A stretch of 64,000 bases of DNA from Entomortierella parvispora E1425 (Eukaryota; Fungi; Mortierellomycota): the NCBI GenBank assembly GCA_020891255.1, contig BQFW01000007.1:930001-994000 (forward strand). Reading direction: 5' to 3'. Numbering within the stretch: the first letter of the stretch is position 1; each line of letters opens with the position of its first letter. The position numbers and the translations under genes are program-made. The notes beneath the pieces are model-generated. The model had not been told where the DNA came from, searched no databases, and worked only from the letters and a program-made list of their open reading frames with translations. Of the stretch, positions 25,428 to 36,270 are shown piece by piece.

Positions 25428-26497
25428 CCTGTCGTGCTTGCTCGTGTTGGCTCTGGACTGAAGAGGGGACTCCCTAGCGAGCATTGTCGACCGCCGTCAG
25501 TTTCTGCGTGGCACCTGTCAACTGGCAGCTGGAGTTTGTGTAGTGCTGGACTGGTGTTGTAAGGAGCGGACTCGGTTGGACTTGCGACCCCGCCAGGTGT
25601 ATGTTTCGCGTTTCGTGCGGAGGGTGTCTTTGTCTGGGCGGCGATAGAGTCTCGTAGGACTGAGGAGCTGGGTTGGAGAGGAAAGAGAAATGGCCAGGCA
25701 AGAGAAGGAGATGGAAAGAAGAGATGGATTCGGAATGGAGAAGATGCAGCGGAGAGAGATTGGGCAGGATCAATGAGGAATGAAAAGAGAGAGGCAAAAA
25801 GAAAAACATGACCGCAACAGAGGAGAGAAGAGGGAAAGGGAGAAAGAGAGCCCTGGGCCGATGTTGTGTTGTCCCTTGGTGTGTGTGTGGGTTTCTTTCT
25901 TTCCTTTGCCTTCACTGCACTGCATGCTGCACTGCAGCTGCACCAGTTGCACCAGTTGCACCGAACGGTGTGGCCTCAGTCTCTCAGTCTCACTGCCCAC
26001 TTCACTGCACACGCACAAGGGAGACCGCTGGCCTCTCATTTCCGCGCTCTCTGCTCCTGACTTTCCACGTTGCACAGGTCCATTTCGCAAGGGAGGGGAT
26101 CATGCTCAAACCATGCAACACCGTTACTGTAACTTACTATGAGTATCCAGGATAAATAAACTAATCCAACTTTCTATTTTTTATTTTTGCTCGGCACTTG
26201 CTCAATAAATTATTAAATATCGACCTCATGGATGACAAAATCATACTTAGAAGAAAGAACCTGCCCCTGAAGAGGGCAGCTCGCGCAAGAATGGAGAAGA
26301 ACAGATGACAGGGCCAAGAAGGGATCCAGTTAATGGACCATCAAATGCGGTGGAGCAGAGTGGAATGGACAGGACTGCATGCCGTTGTCTTGGAACCCCA
26401 GGACGGAATGAATCGTGTTCTTCCCACGATAATCCACCTGTTCCGACTCTCTCTTCTCTCTTTCATTCATTTCTGCCATTCTACATTTCATCCCATC

Positions 26498-27241
26498 ATG
26501 ACCTCAACACATTCAAACTCTGCATCTTCCTCGCAGGGCATGAAGGTCCTCTCTAAGGACGACAAAGGTAGACTATTGGTCCTCTTGACATACTCTCCGC
26601 GATCTCACGCGTAGTTGGCGCGGCGCAGGGCTCACGATCCAGGTTGTTCATTGTTCCATATCTTCTCGCGATCTGGAATAGATGCCTCAATGCACACGCA
26701 CTTCATGCACCTCGCCATCGAACAAGCTCAGCTCTCTGCCCCCGTCCCTTCTGGATATTGTGTTGGTGCCGTTCTCGTTCAAGAGGCTCATCAGGACTTG
26801 ACCTCGACCGAGGTACCCGTTGCAGATCGTTTTAAGGTCCTTGCTACTGGACACTCTCGTGAACTACCTGGAAACACCCACGCGGAAGAGTGCTGCCTTT
26901 TGAAACTGGCCGAGGTTGAGGACAAGGAGTCGCAGCTTCTCCTGAATGACCCTCTCCTGGCCGATCTTGAAAAGAAGAACAAGAACAGACGACCCAAAAC
27001 AGAACTGATCATGTACAGCACCATGGAGCCTTGCAGCACCCGACTCTCTGGGAACAAATCTTGCTCTGAGCGACTGATCGAGTCTGGAGTACGTCGAGTG
27101 TACGTCGGAGTGAGAGAGCCAGACCATTTTGTAAAAACAGTGGTTGGCGTGGAGAACATGGTCCAGGAGGGGATCCAGGTAGTTCACATTCCAGGATTCG
27201 AGGAGCAGTGTCTTGCACCCAACCGGCATATCCTTCATTGA
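26498..27241 (+). CDS. RIB2: CMP/dCMP-type zinc deaminase, DRAP deaminase of riboflavin synthesis (stand-alone RIB2-type), 2 exons
   Basis: MTSTHSN...DDK|gtagac(26568)...aatag|(26682)DASMHTHFMHLAIEQA...YCVGAVLV...GHSRELPGNTHAEECCL...YSTMEPCSTRLSGNKSCSERLIESGVRRVYVGVREPDHFV. HAE and PCxxxxxxxxxC zinc motifs with the fungal Rib2 ELPGNTHAE/RLSG signature. Confidence 0.8.
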
Positions 27242-27610
27242 GCAGATTATGACCATTAAAGTTTTTTTTTTCCGTTGACACGCCCCCCATTCAGCGCGAT
27301 CTACCAACCTTACACACTTGGGCTTTTTCTCTCGGCAACTTGTATTGGAAGGAGAGTCGTCTGTGTCCGGCCTTGTGCAACCGTACAGCCTTCGATTTCT
27401 TTTTGACTCTTTCGTGCACGGTTTAGGTAATGTTCCCGACATTGAGAAAAATAAAATTCAAGGACCTTTCAGACCATTTATTACTCTAGTGGCAACGTGG
27501 ACTCTTTGGCTGTTAATTTGGTCCGCATCGTCCAAGTGGTATCAAGTGATTTGGCGCCCACTATGCCGGAGGTGGCGCATTCTCTTTTCCATATCTTTTT
27601 CAGCTCGCCT

Positions 27611-28138
27611 CTAAGGTGGGCGAATCCTCTTCTCGTAGGGCGGGGGAGAAATTTCGGGCGGAGAACATGAATGCCGGTGGTCCATTAGGTAAAGATTTGA
27701 CAGCTCCACGGTGCTGTCCATATTCCGAGAGTAGTGCTGAATTGATTCCACGGAAGGGGATGGACGGAGAGGCAGATCAAGCGCCGCTGAGCTTGTAGAC
27801 ACTAAAGCAGGAGTGAAATCCATCGTGTTGTCAAAGTCGGTGTTGTGCATGGACTTTCGTTTTGATTTGTTCATCTGCCTTAGTCGAAAACACCCTATGC
27901 CCAGAACAAGGATCCCTATACAGGAAATGCTGACTGCCACAGCCACTGTAGAATCTGGCCGATCTGGTGGTGGTCCATCCAGGTAGGTCTCTGTGGCGGT
28001 GGGTGAATAGGTGAACTCAAACGTGAGGGTGCCTCTCAAAGTTGTTTCGGCAGGAATGGTAGTGGTGTGGAGTGTTTTGGTCGATACGTGAGAGGGGAGA
28101 GTCGTGGCCATGACGGTCCCTACACTCAGGGAGGCCAT
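27611..28138 (-). CDS. Small single-pass membrane protein, Thr-rich ectodomain, C-terminal PPPY motif, 175 aa
   Basis: MASLSVGTVMATT... T-rich; TM VAVAVSISCIGILVLGIGCF followed by basic RLRQMNKSKRK; tail SPPPYEKRIRPP*. Confidence 0.7.
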   Translation of the reverse strand: MASLSVGTVMATTLPSHVSTKTLHTTTIPAETTLRGTLTFEFTYSPTATETYLDGPPPDRPDSTVAVAVSISCIGILVLGIGCFRLRQMNKSKRKSMHNTDFDNTMDFTPALVSTSSAALDLPLRPSPSVESIQHYSRNMDSTVELSNLYLMDHRHSCSPPEISPPPYEKRIRPP

Positions 28139-28537
28139 TGTGTGAGCGGAGAAGGGGAGAGGGGCAAGAAGAGTGAAGCAAGAGAATTGGGAGCAGGAGC
28201 AAGACAAATAACAGCAGGTTTGTCCAGCAGAGACCTTGCCCAATGGTCCCGCGCTCCAGCGCTAACATGCAAACGCACACTCCGCTGAGAGCAGCCTGGC
28301 GGTATAAGTTTGAGTGCAAGAGATCCACAGCCCGGGGTTGGGAGCGAGGGCGCGACGCGATTTTGCACACAGCCCAAAAATTTGTGTGTGGTAATTACGT
28401 GATGGTACAGGGTCAGTCGCGAATACTGCAAACATGAGAGCAGCAGGCACACTGTCAGTGTAGAGAACACAAAACGTGGATTGGGGGGTGCGCATCATTT
28501 GTTCTTTGTTCACCTTCACATCTACTACATTACCACC

Positions 28538-29867
28538 ATGTCCGATAACCACGAAACCGATAACGTCGCTCCCGTGAGTACTCCTGCCCTATGCTGGATG
28601 CCTCCTCACTGATGTGCTGGGGGACATGCTCCATACGCCTTGTTTGTTTTCTTTTCTTGTTTTCTTTTTTTTTTTTTTTTTTTTTTTTTTTCTTTTCATT
28701 TCTATTTTGGTTCTTCCCCTGCAACGTCGCCAATCAAGCATCAAAACAGACAGGACCTTAAGGACCGGGCAATTCTCGATGTTGAAGCTGGATGGGCTTC
28801 TTTGCATTTGACAAACTCGTGGAAACTGGATTGGATGCAGTTTTGGGGCAGCCTTTGACTTTAACGAAAACAGGGCAAAGATATCTTTGACTCCGCCACC
28901 CACCGAGCCTCTCCTTGGCGAGAAGCTCAGACAGCTATGTTACCACACCAGATGGTGGACCAGTGACATGTCTCTATGGATTCCAAAAGCAAAGTTGAAT
29001 CTAGCATTAGAGAATCTCCCTACACCCCTGACGATCGCGCCCTTTCGTTCTTTTTTTTTATTATTTACTCTGAACGCGCCTGCTGACAAAATTTCTTGCT
29101 TTTTTGCAACCCTGGAATCTAATAGGAGGAGGAGGCTCAGGTCCACTTTGAGCCCATTGTCAAGCTCGAGGCCGTCGAGGTCAAGACCCACGAGGAGGAT
29201 GAGGTTGCTCTTTTCAAGATGTAGGTCCAGTCGTTTATTTGTTTTTCACTCTTTTTTCTATAACTAACCTGACGAAGAATGTGCGGCTGACAATCTACAA
29301 TTGAACTTTCTGATTGATCTATAGGCGCGCCAAGCTCTTCCGTTTCGTCAAGGAGACCAACGAGTGGAAGGAGCGTGGTACCGGTGATGTCCGCTTCATG
29401 CAGCACAAGGAGACCAAGAAGATCCGCTTGTTGATGCGTCGCGACCAGACCTTGAAGATCTGCGCTAACCACTACGGTAGGCTACTGTCCTTCCTCAGTC
29501 TCACGCAGTTGAATCTTGAATATCTGAGAACTAATTGTTGGAAACCATGAACTGCTGCATTTTAGTTACCTCCGAGATGGCTTTGACTCCCAACGTCGGA
29601 TCTGACCGCTCCTGGGTCTGGAATGTCACTGCTGATAGCTCTGACGAGTTCCAGGGTGCCCAGACCTTGGCTATCCGCCTTGCCAACTCTGACAACGCTG
29701 CTCTTTTCAAGGAGGAGTTCGAGAAGGCCCAGAAGAACAACGCCGAGTTGAAGACCAAGTCTGCTGACGCTACCGAGACCAAGGAGGAGGAGAAGGAGGA
29801 GGCCAAGGAGGAGGAGGAGAAGAAGGAGGAGGAGAAGGAGGAGGAGAAGAAGGAGGAGTCTGCATAA
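28538..29867 (+). CDS. YRB1: Ran-binding protein 1, 4 exons
   Basis: [12 protein letters not shown]|[32 protein letters not shown]|RAKLFRF...[38 protein letters not shown]|...[11 protein letters not shown]...[19 protein letters not shown]; acidic K/E tail; strong codon bias. Confidence 0.95.
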
Positions 29868-31329
29868 ATATCCCTTCAGATCTGTTTTAGCACCTAAACT
29901 GTTTTCTCTCCACTACTACCCTTTTCCTGCCCACCTTTTGACCAGAGGACGACTCAATAAAGAATATCGTTTACACTTTTCTAACTTGTTTGTGCTGTGC
30001 ATTTTGTACATTCTCTCTCCTGAGCACCACGGAACATTTTGCAGCTGCTGTTGCGGCCATTTTTGTGCCCGTGCCCAGGTCAGGTCACGCACGTTCCACT
30101 GCCGCATGGGGCACCCTTCACCTTTCACTCGCCCAATCACAATTGTCAGAGAATCCGTCACGTCAGTTGGCGTTCACCTTTGCTTCCCGCTTCCCGATAT
30201 CTGGAACCTCTTGGCATGTAGATACTCGGGCAGGCCAGGGTTCAATTCAAGACTCTATAAAAGTACGTCGGCAAGTGCAAAGGTCAGGCCCATCAAACCT
30301 CATGGACAATGATAGATAGTAGGTCATTTGAAGGTGTTCCAAGTGCTGAGTCATATCTGGGTCAATGTTGAGGCATTTCCATAGCGTGCGCTCCTTCTGT
30401 CGCTAGGTGCGCAAGGGGGCTGGCGCTCAGGACGCTGCAACATCCGAGATCTTTCCGACGCCTGTCTCCAAGGCCACATGGGAAAGGGCAGAAGCGAATG
30501 GATGGGCAGAGTTGAGATCAATGTGATGGGTCATCCTTGAAGATAGATTTTCTTTCAACTCTTGACATCAAAGCATTTGTGAAGAGCGCGTTCCAGGAAC
30601 GCATAACAAGACGGCGCGTTGATGCTCCCTCTACAAAGGAAGAAGCTGTTCTCAAGCGTACTTCTTGTGTGTGTTTGTAATCGAAATGTTTATAAAAAAG
30701 GGGGAACTCTTTGAATCTTCAACCCCCTTTGTTTTCTTGTCGATCTCATAATTTTTAGGCATCGAGGCCTTCTACCAGAAAAGATCATTGTTTGTAAAAT
30801 TCACGGAGCTCATGAGGAAATACCAGGAGTAGGGATGTCTGTCAGGGATAGGACTCTGTTTAACGGCTCTTTGTCCTTCGTCCACACTTTTATTTTCTTT
30901 CCTACTATTATTTCTTCTCAACTCCATCTCGAAATCCATTACGATAGGAAAAAAAAAAAAAGTGCCGTCTTTGACTTCGTGAGTGCAAAGGTGAAGAAAT
31001 GGGGCGCGTTCTTGGCGCGTTCGTCTTTTATTCTTCCTCCACTGGACATGATCTTCTGCTTAGTGATGAGATTGACCACAGGCGGGCACTGAGTTGTGGG
31101 CGATGCCAGCTTGCTCCTGTGAAGCAACAACGGTCCATTGGACCCTCTATCTCCATTGCGTGAGAGATAAGGTAGAGTCCCACCCAACTATCAAAGCTGT
31201 CTCACGAAAAACAGAGAGATAAATCTACTCTATCTCATCAAGAGCTAATTGAATTGGATTGTCCAGGGCACATCCCTATACGCTCCCTCACAGGTCTATG
31301 TCTTCTTTCCTTTCTCATAATCGACTAGC

Positions 31330-33039
31330 TTTATTCAACATACCACGACACTTCGCAACGTCGGACTCTGGTCACATACGGCGTCACATACGGCCTCATC
31401 CATGATCACCTTTCCACAGCAAACCTCCTGCCCTGTGTGAGGGTGAGCCATGACTTCCGCAACATTTGGATCGACTACATGTTTCGTGACATGTAGCTGA
31501 TCGAGCCGAGATAGTCTGAGCTATTCGAACTCAGTTCGACAACAACCTTCAAGAGGCATTGCCAGCTCACACGTTCTTTTGTGAGTGGTCGATTGCTGGA
31601 GCGCGGTACGATCCTGAAGAACTCCCGGTTATACCAGCCTTTGTCACCCTGGTCTTCGACTTCCACCGAGGGAGGAGGGGGTTGTTGATGCACGAGCCGT
31701 ATTCAAGTTTGCTAGGAGATGTGCTGCGCACGAACTCCTGCCTGAACTACGTCGCACTGGTCGGCTTGACTGGACAGTAATCTTGGATCCGCTGTCCAAG
31801 TAGCAACCCGCTTTCTCGCCCGCAATTAAACGTTTGTGGAGAGAAACCTTACAAGGCTCTCTGGGTCCCATTACCAACTACTCGATCATCAAAAACATCG
31901 AACCTAAAGGTAAAATATCTGGCAAGAACACCAATGGTATGCAATGACAACGACGGCCTAATTTATTATTCATCTTTATTTCCAGATGTCATCTCCATCA
32001 AGCGCAGAGTCCTCGGCAACGGCTACAGTAAACCGTTAGCTTCCAAGAGCCAAATGGTTCGCTGGTCCTCCTTTGGGAGTGCCCACGGTCACATCCGATT
32101 AACATGAGATAGCAAACCGACCCTACCGGACTCCATAGTCCTGTAGATATACACCATAACTTTTGATTCGGAACAAGCTGGAGGCGTCGTGAAAATCTCG
32201 AAGCCATTCGGTGGAAGCTGGCTGTAGCCAATGGCGCCTCCCAGTCGATTCATAAAGGAATTTCTCGAGGTTTTAAATAACGTCAAAAGCTTGACTTGGG
32301 ACACAGTGGAGGCTGACGAGGAGCCGCTGGGAAAGATGTTGGATCCGGGGACAGAAATCAGAGGGTGAACCGTCTCTGCCTCAACCATGAGATCTCTCAC
32401 TCCTGGACTTGAGAGAACGGCGACTTTTCAAGTCGCTCACTCTTTGTAAAGTCATGGGTCCGTCCAGCTCTGACCTTCAATTCTTCCTTGAGGAGGCGAC
32501 AACCTTGGGGGAGTTGCGCCCTTTATCCCCGAGGATTCTCGAGAGTAATGGTGTACAACCATTGGCCAAGACTCCTCATGACAACGCCAGCACGGTGGAG
32601 TTTGTCTTTCTAGATGCGGATGGTTCATCCTTGTGATGCTGTGCCATGACACTCACGCGCCTGGAGATTCTCATCGAGCGACGGTATCCCACTCGTGTGG
32701 ATGGCACCAATACGGTTACCGCGGGTCAAGCGGTGCCGCTTTCGGCCGAGTGCCACATGGAGCACCTACTGGCGTACGAGCAGCTGGCCCAGTTGGTCAA
32801 CCTCCGTCATGTGCGGTTGGGTCAGAGAATGGCGCCGAGATCGGTTGGAAGCGAAGAATAACATAGAAGATAGCAGGAGAATCGTTTGTTTGTTCTCCAT
32901 TGAGCCTGATATAGGTTCTCATCGTGGTATGAGATCTATTAAGACTCTGGATGTGCGATGGATCGCGCACGAGATCGGCCTCCCGGAACTGGCATGGATG
33001 CATAGCCACTGGCCAAAGAACATTCACCGAGTAATATAG
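31330..33039 (+). pseudogene. Decayed F-box/LRR-family gene
   Basis: F-box remnant ALFNIP...LIHDHLSTANLLPCVRVSHDFRNIWIDYMFRDM* (TAG 31494-31496). GSSL*CCAMTLTRLEI (TGA 32634-32636 where the family has W). LAYEQLAQLVNLRHVRLG, then a frameshift to CLFSIEPDIGSHRGMRSIKTLDVRWIAHEIGLPELAWMHSHWPK, the same C-terminal motif as the paralogues at 59.8-60.0 kb and 63.1-63.3 kb. Confidence 0.75.
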
Positions 33040-33431
33040 ACGTATAGATGGAAAACACAAGGGCCATCTTCTATTACATACGGCCACGTCATTAAACCCT
33101 ACCACATTGTTTCTGTCCTCTTGTGTTTCAACTTGCAATATATTTGAAATTTGAACAAAAAAAAGAAAGGTTGAATGGGTTGCAAAAGGTCCAACTCTTT
33201 CCGTTTGAGCGATGAGTAGGAGCTGTAACAGTTCTTTTTGAGGGACTTTAAATTTATTGGGATATCATACATTTGTTTGGTTTACACAGAAAAAGATGCA
33301 GGAAGGGATAGAAGGAGATGACTGCAGAAAGGAAAGCGGCAAGGACAGGAACGGAGGACAGCGATGGTGATGAATGGGTCAGGCGAAGGCGCAAAGATAA
33401 AAAGCTCGTAGACACAAGCTGCCTTCTTTCC

Positions 33432-34759
33432 TTAGTAGCGTCTGGAGTAGTCGAATCTCATCTTGATGAGGTACCGCATCTTGACCTGGCTCGTGTTGTA
33501 TACAATGTATTCGTTGTACGCCAAACGGTATCCGAACCCTTGCCTGGTCTGCGTCTTGAGCTTGCCGGCTTGGATGCGGACATCGTTGTCAATGATCACA
33601 TCACCCGACTCGTCAGGGTATGAGAGTCCGAGACCCTTGGTTGACTGCTTGCCAGCGTCCTCCGAGTTTTTCTTGGCATTGTAGTCCGATTGCTCAATCT
33701 CAAACATATCTCCGAGCGCCACCTCGCACAAAAGCATCAAGCCCGTGTTGTTGCTGGGTGTGGTGAAGCAATAGTTGGCTGATTTCGACACACAATCGGC
33801 AAAGTAGGCGCCTTTGTCGAACATGTATCCTGTCACAGGCGCTTCTGGGGGAGCTATTATAATAATGCAAAACATTGGCAGGTCGGTATTACTGATTGCA
33901 AGAGACTGTGGCAAAGGTATTAAAAAGAAAAGGATAAAATAAGCCACTTACCAATACGAAGACCTTGGCTCAGAATACCAACATAGTTTGTAAGACGGGA
34001 ACCATGCCAGAGCAAGCGACGGTTATGGAGCTTGCTGAAGCCTGAAGAGTCGAACCGATCCTGTTCGCCGTCACGGTCCAAGTCAAAGACCTCGTCAATG
34101 ACCAATCCATACTGACCGTGGGACGATCCATGCGAGTTCTTGGTAAACTGCTCAATAAGCTTGAAGCGCTCCGAGTTCCTGTCCATGGGTTCCAACTTGT
34201 TGAGTTTGAGCGAGGCAAACTTCTGGTCCAGAGGATTCACCGTCATAGCCTCGTCCGCCTTCTTGTTCTCCTTGATCAAATGCTGAGCAATCTCGATCTC
34301 GGCAAGGGCTTCTAACATATCCAGTTTCTTTTTGAGAGTCTGAGGGTCACTGATCACTGGAGGAGCGTTTCTTCCAAAGTTGTGGGGGATAACAGTGTAG
34401 AAGTCGCTGGACAGTCGCATCAATGCAGCTTGACTGGTAGGCATAGGATTCGAGAGGGCCTCGCCAATCTGCTTGAGGACCAAGTAACCCCGAAGAATTG
34501 TAGCCTTGGCCAGCTTGCCAAGAGGCATCTTATCGGCGTCGTAGTCGAGCTCCTTCATCTGGTTGGCCATCATGGTCTGGTTGAAGATCAACTTCATCAA
34601 GTCCTGGACCTTGGGGTGAAGGGTCGATTCGGGAATTGGATGCTGCTTTTCCTTCTCTCTCTTGATCGCAGCCTTGGCCTCTTTCCTGGCTTCATCGTCG
34701 TCCTCATCCTCCGAATCCGAATCGCCATCATCTGGGGGAAGCAGATAGTATTTGCCTAT

Positions 34760-34793
<34 letters not shown>

Positions 34794-35704
34794 GATGTTA
34801 AACCTTACCCTTCAGCTAGATGAATAACTCAACCACTCGAAGAGGAGAGAGGTAGCTTACCCTCCACCTTGGTAAAGTTGTCGCGATTCGCCCAGGGGTT
34901 TTTGGTCTTATCCTTGAACTTGCTTTCAAAGGTCTTTTGAGCACCTTCGAGTGTTGAGGAGATCTCTGTTGATATTTGACCTTTTGTACCCACGCGTCCC
35001 CAGCGAGCAAAGCATGCAAAGGAGCTACGGGTCTGGTTGGCCAAGACCTGGATGAAATAAAACTTGTTGTTGTTGTTCCCAATCTCTGTCTGGTTCAGGC
35101 GCACATTCCAGGCCACGTCGCTGTCGACGTGGACTTCATATCCATTCAAACCGCAGTAAGGGTCGATGCGAGGTTGCTTGATTGCTTTGTTGCCCTTGGT
35201 AGCCGCCTTGTCAACCTTGACCGTCAGTGACTTGATTTTCTTTTCGACTGTGGCCTTGGTCTCCTTTTCCTCGTCCCCCTCGTCCTCCTCCTTCTCAGCC
35301 TTGCGCTTCACTCCTTTTGGTGCAGGAGTGGTGGCGTCGGTTGAGGTAGTAGGAGCAGCGGCTGTCGCGGCAGGAGCAGAAGCAGCAGCGCTGACTTTGT
35401 AAGGAGCCTCGTCGAGGCGCTTATTTTGAGCCATCGAATCGGTCACCCAGTCAAAGGTGACGAGAGAAACGCCTTGGGCCAAAGCCTTTTGGACTTTGGC
35501 AGAACCCTTGAGAACCTCCTGGTCATTGGTGATCAAATGCGTGACTTTCTTGGTGAGGGTAGTAGGAACAGTAGCACCGGATCCTGGACCGACGAGGACC
35601 TTGAGGATGTCGCTTTGAGTATGTGTGGCTGTCGATCCGGAAATGCCAAAGACACAGTCTGCGAAAAGAGGGACGGGAGCCGCGGTGGCGCGCTTTGGAG
35701 GCAT
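33432..35704 (-). CDS. PARP: Poly(ADP-ribose) polymerase (BRCT-WGR-regulatory-catalytic), 3 exons
   Basis: N-terminal BRCT (VTHLITN...LVTFDWVTDS), WGR domain (NNNKFYFIQVL...FARWGRVG), KMPLGKL regulatory domain, catalytic H-Y-E triad LLWHGSR / GAYFAD...SKSANY / YNEYIVY. Confidence 0.95.
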
Positions 35705-35919
35705 GTCAACGAACGAAATGGAGGTTTAACGAGGTAGAGATGATGAATGAAAGGATGAGGAGCGAAATGTGCAGGTATACAACGCGTGAAGGTAGGCAGA
35801 TCGGTGAGTAAGGAGAGAGATGGAGAGCAAGAGATGAAGAAAGAGAAGAGAGAGAGAAAGAGAGGGATGAAGAGAATGAAAGAGAGAGAGATGAGCGCGC
35901 CTTTTTATTTGTGGTGCCT

Positions 35920-35954
35920 GTGTGTGTGTGTGGGTGGGTGGGTGGGTGGGTGGG
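35920..35954. repeat. (TG)n/(GGGT)n microsatellite
   Basis: tgtgtgtgtgtgggtgggtgggtgggtgggtggg. Confidence 0.85.
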
Positions 35955-36270
35955 TATGTGTCAGTTGAGACTGGACTTGGATCGGCTGTTTGGGTTTGCC
36001 ACCACCGGCAGAGGGCTCTTGCTTTTTGCCACCGTTTGACGATGCTGTCCCTTTTTGGTCCCTTTTGGCGGGAACTTTGTTTTCTGTCTGTCTGGCGTGT
36101 TGGATTGCAGTCACCCAACAGCACCCGGGGCTCTGTCGTTCGACAGCACTGCCACTCGCTGCTCTTTCTTGCTCTGTCTCCCTGTCTGCTGCTGGTATGG
36201 GTTCGTTTTTATTGTACTGGTACTTGACTATGTATAATGACAATATGAATATGATCTGTCCGCTGTCCGC

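Noticed and set aside
30238-30248. GGGTTCAATTC B-box/T-loop-like motif
   Set aside because: No cloverleaf stems or convincing A-box could be folded around it; not called as tRNA or SINE.
30300-30680. Coding-like fragments downstream of YRB1
   Set aside because: Stops in all frames and no clear family motif; could be another remnant but unsupported.
34767-34792. Long A/T homopolymers here and at ~4410, 28645-28690, 44090-44120 as retroelement tails
   Set aside because: They sit in introns or intergenic DNA as polypyrimidine tracts; no flanking TSDs or RT/transposase remnants.
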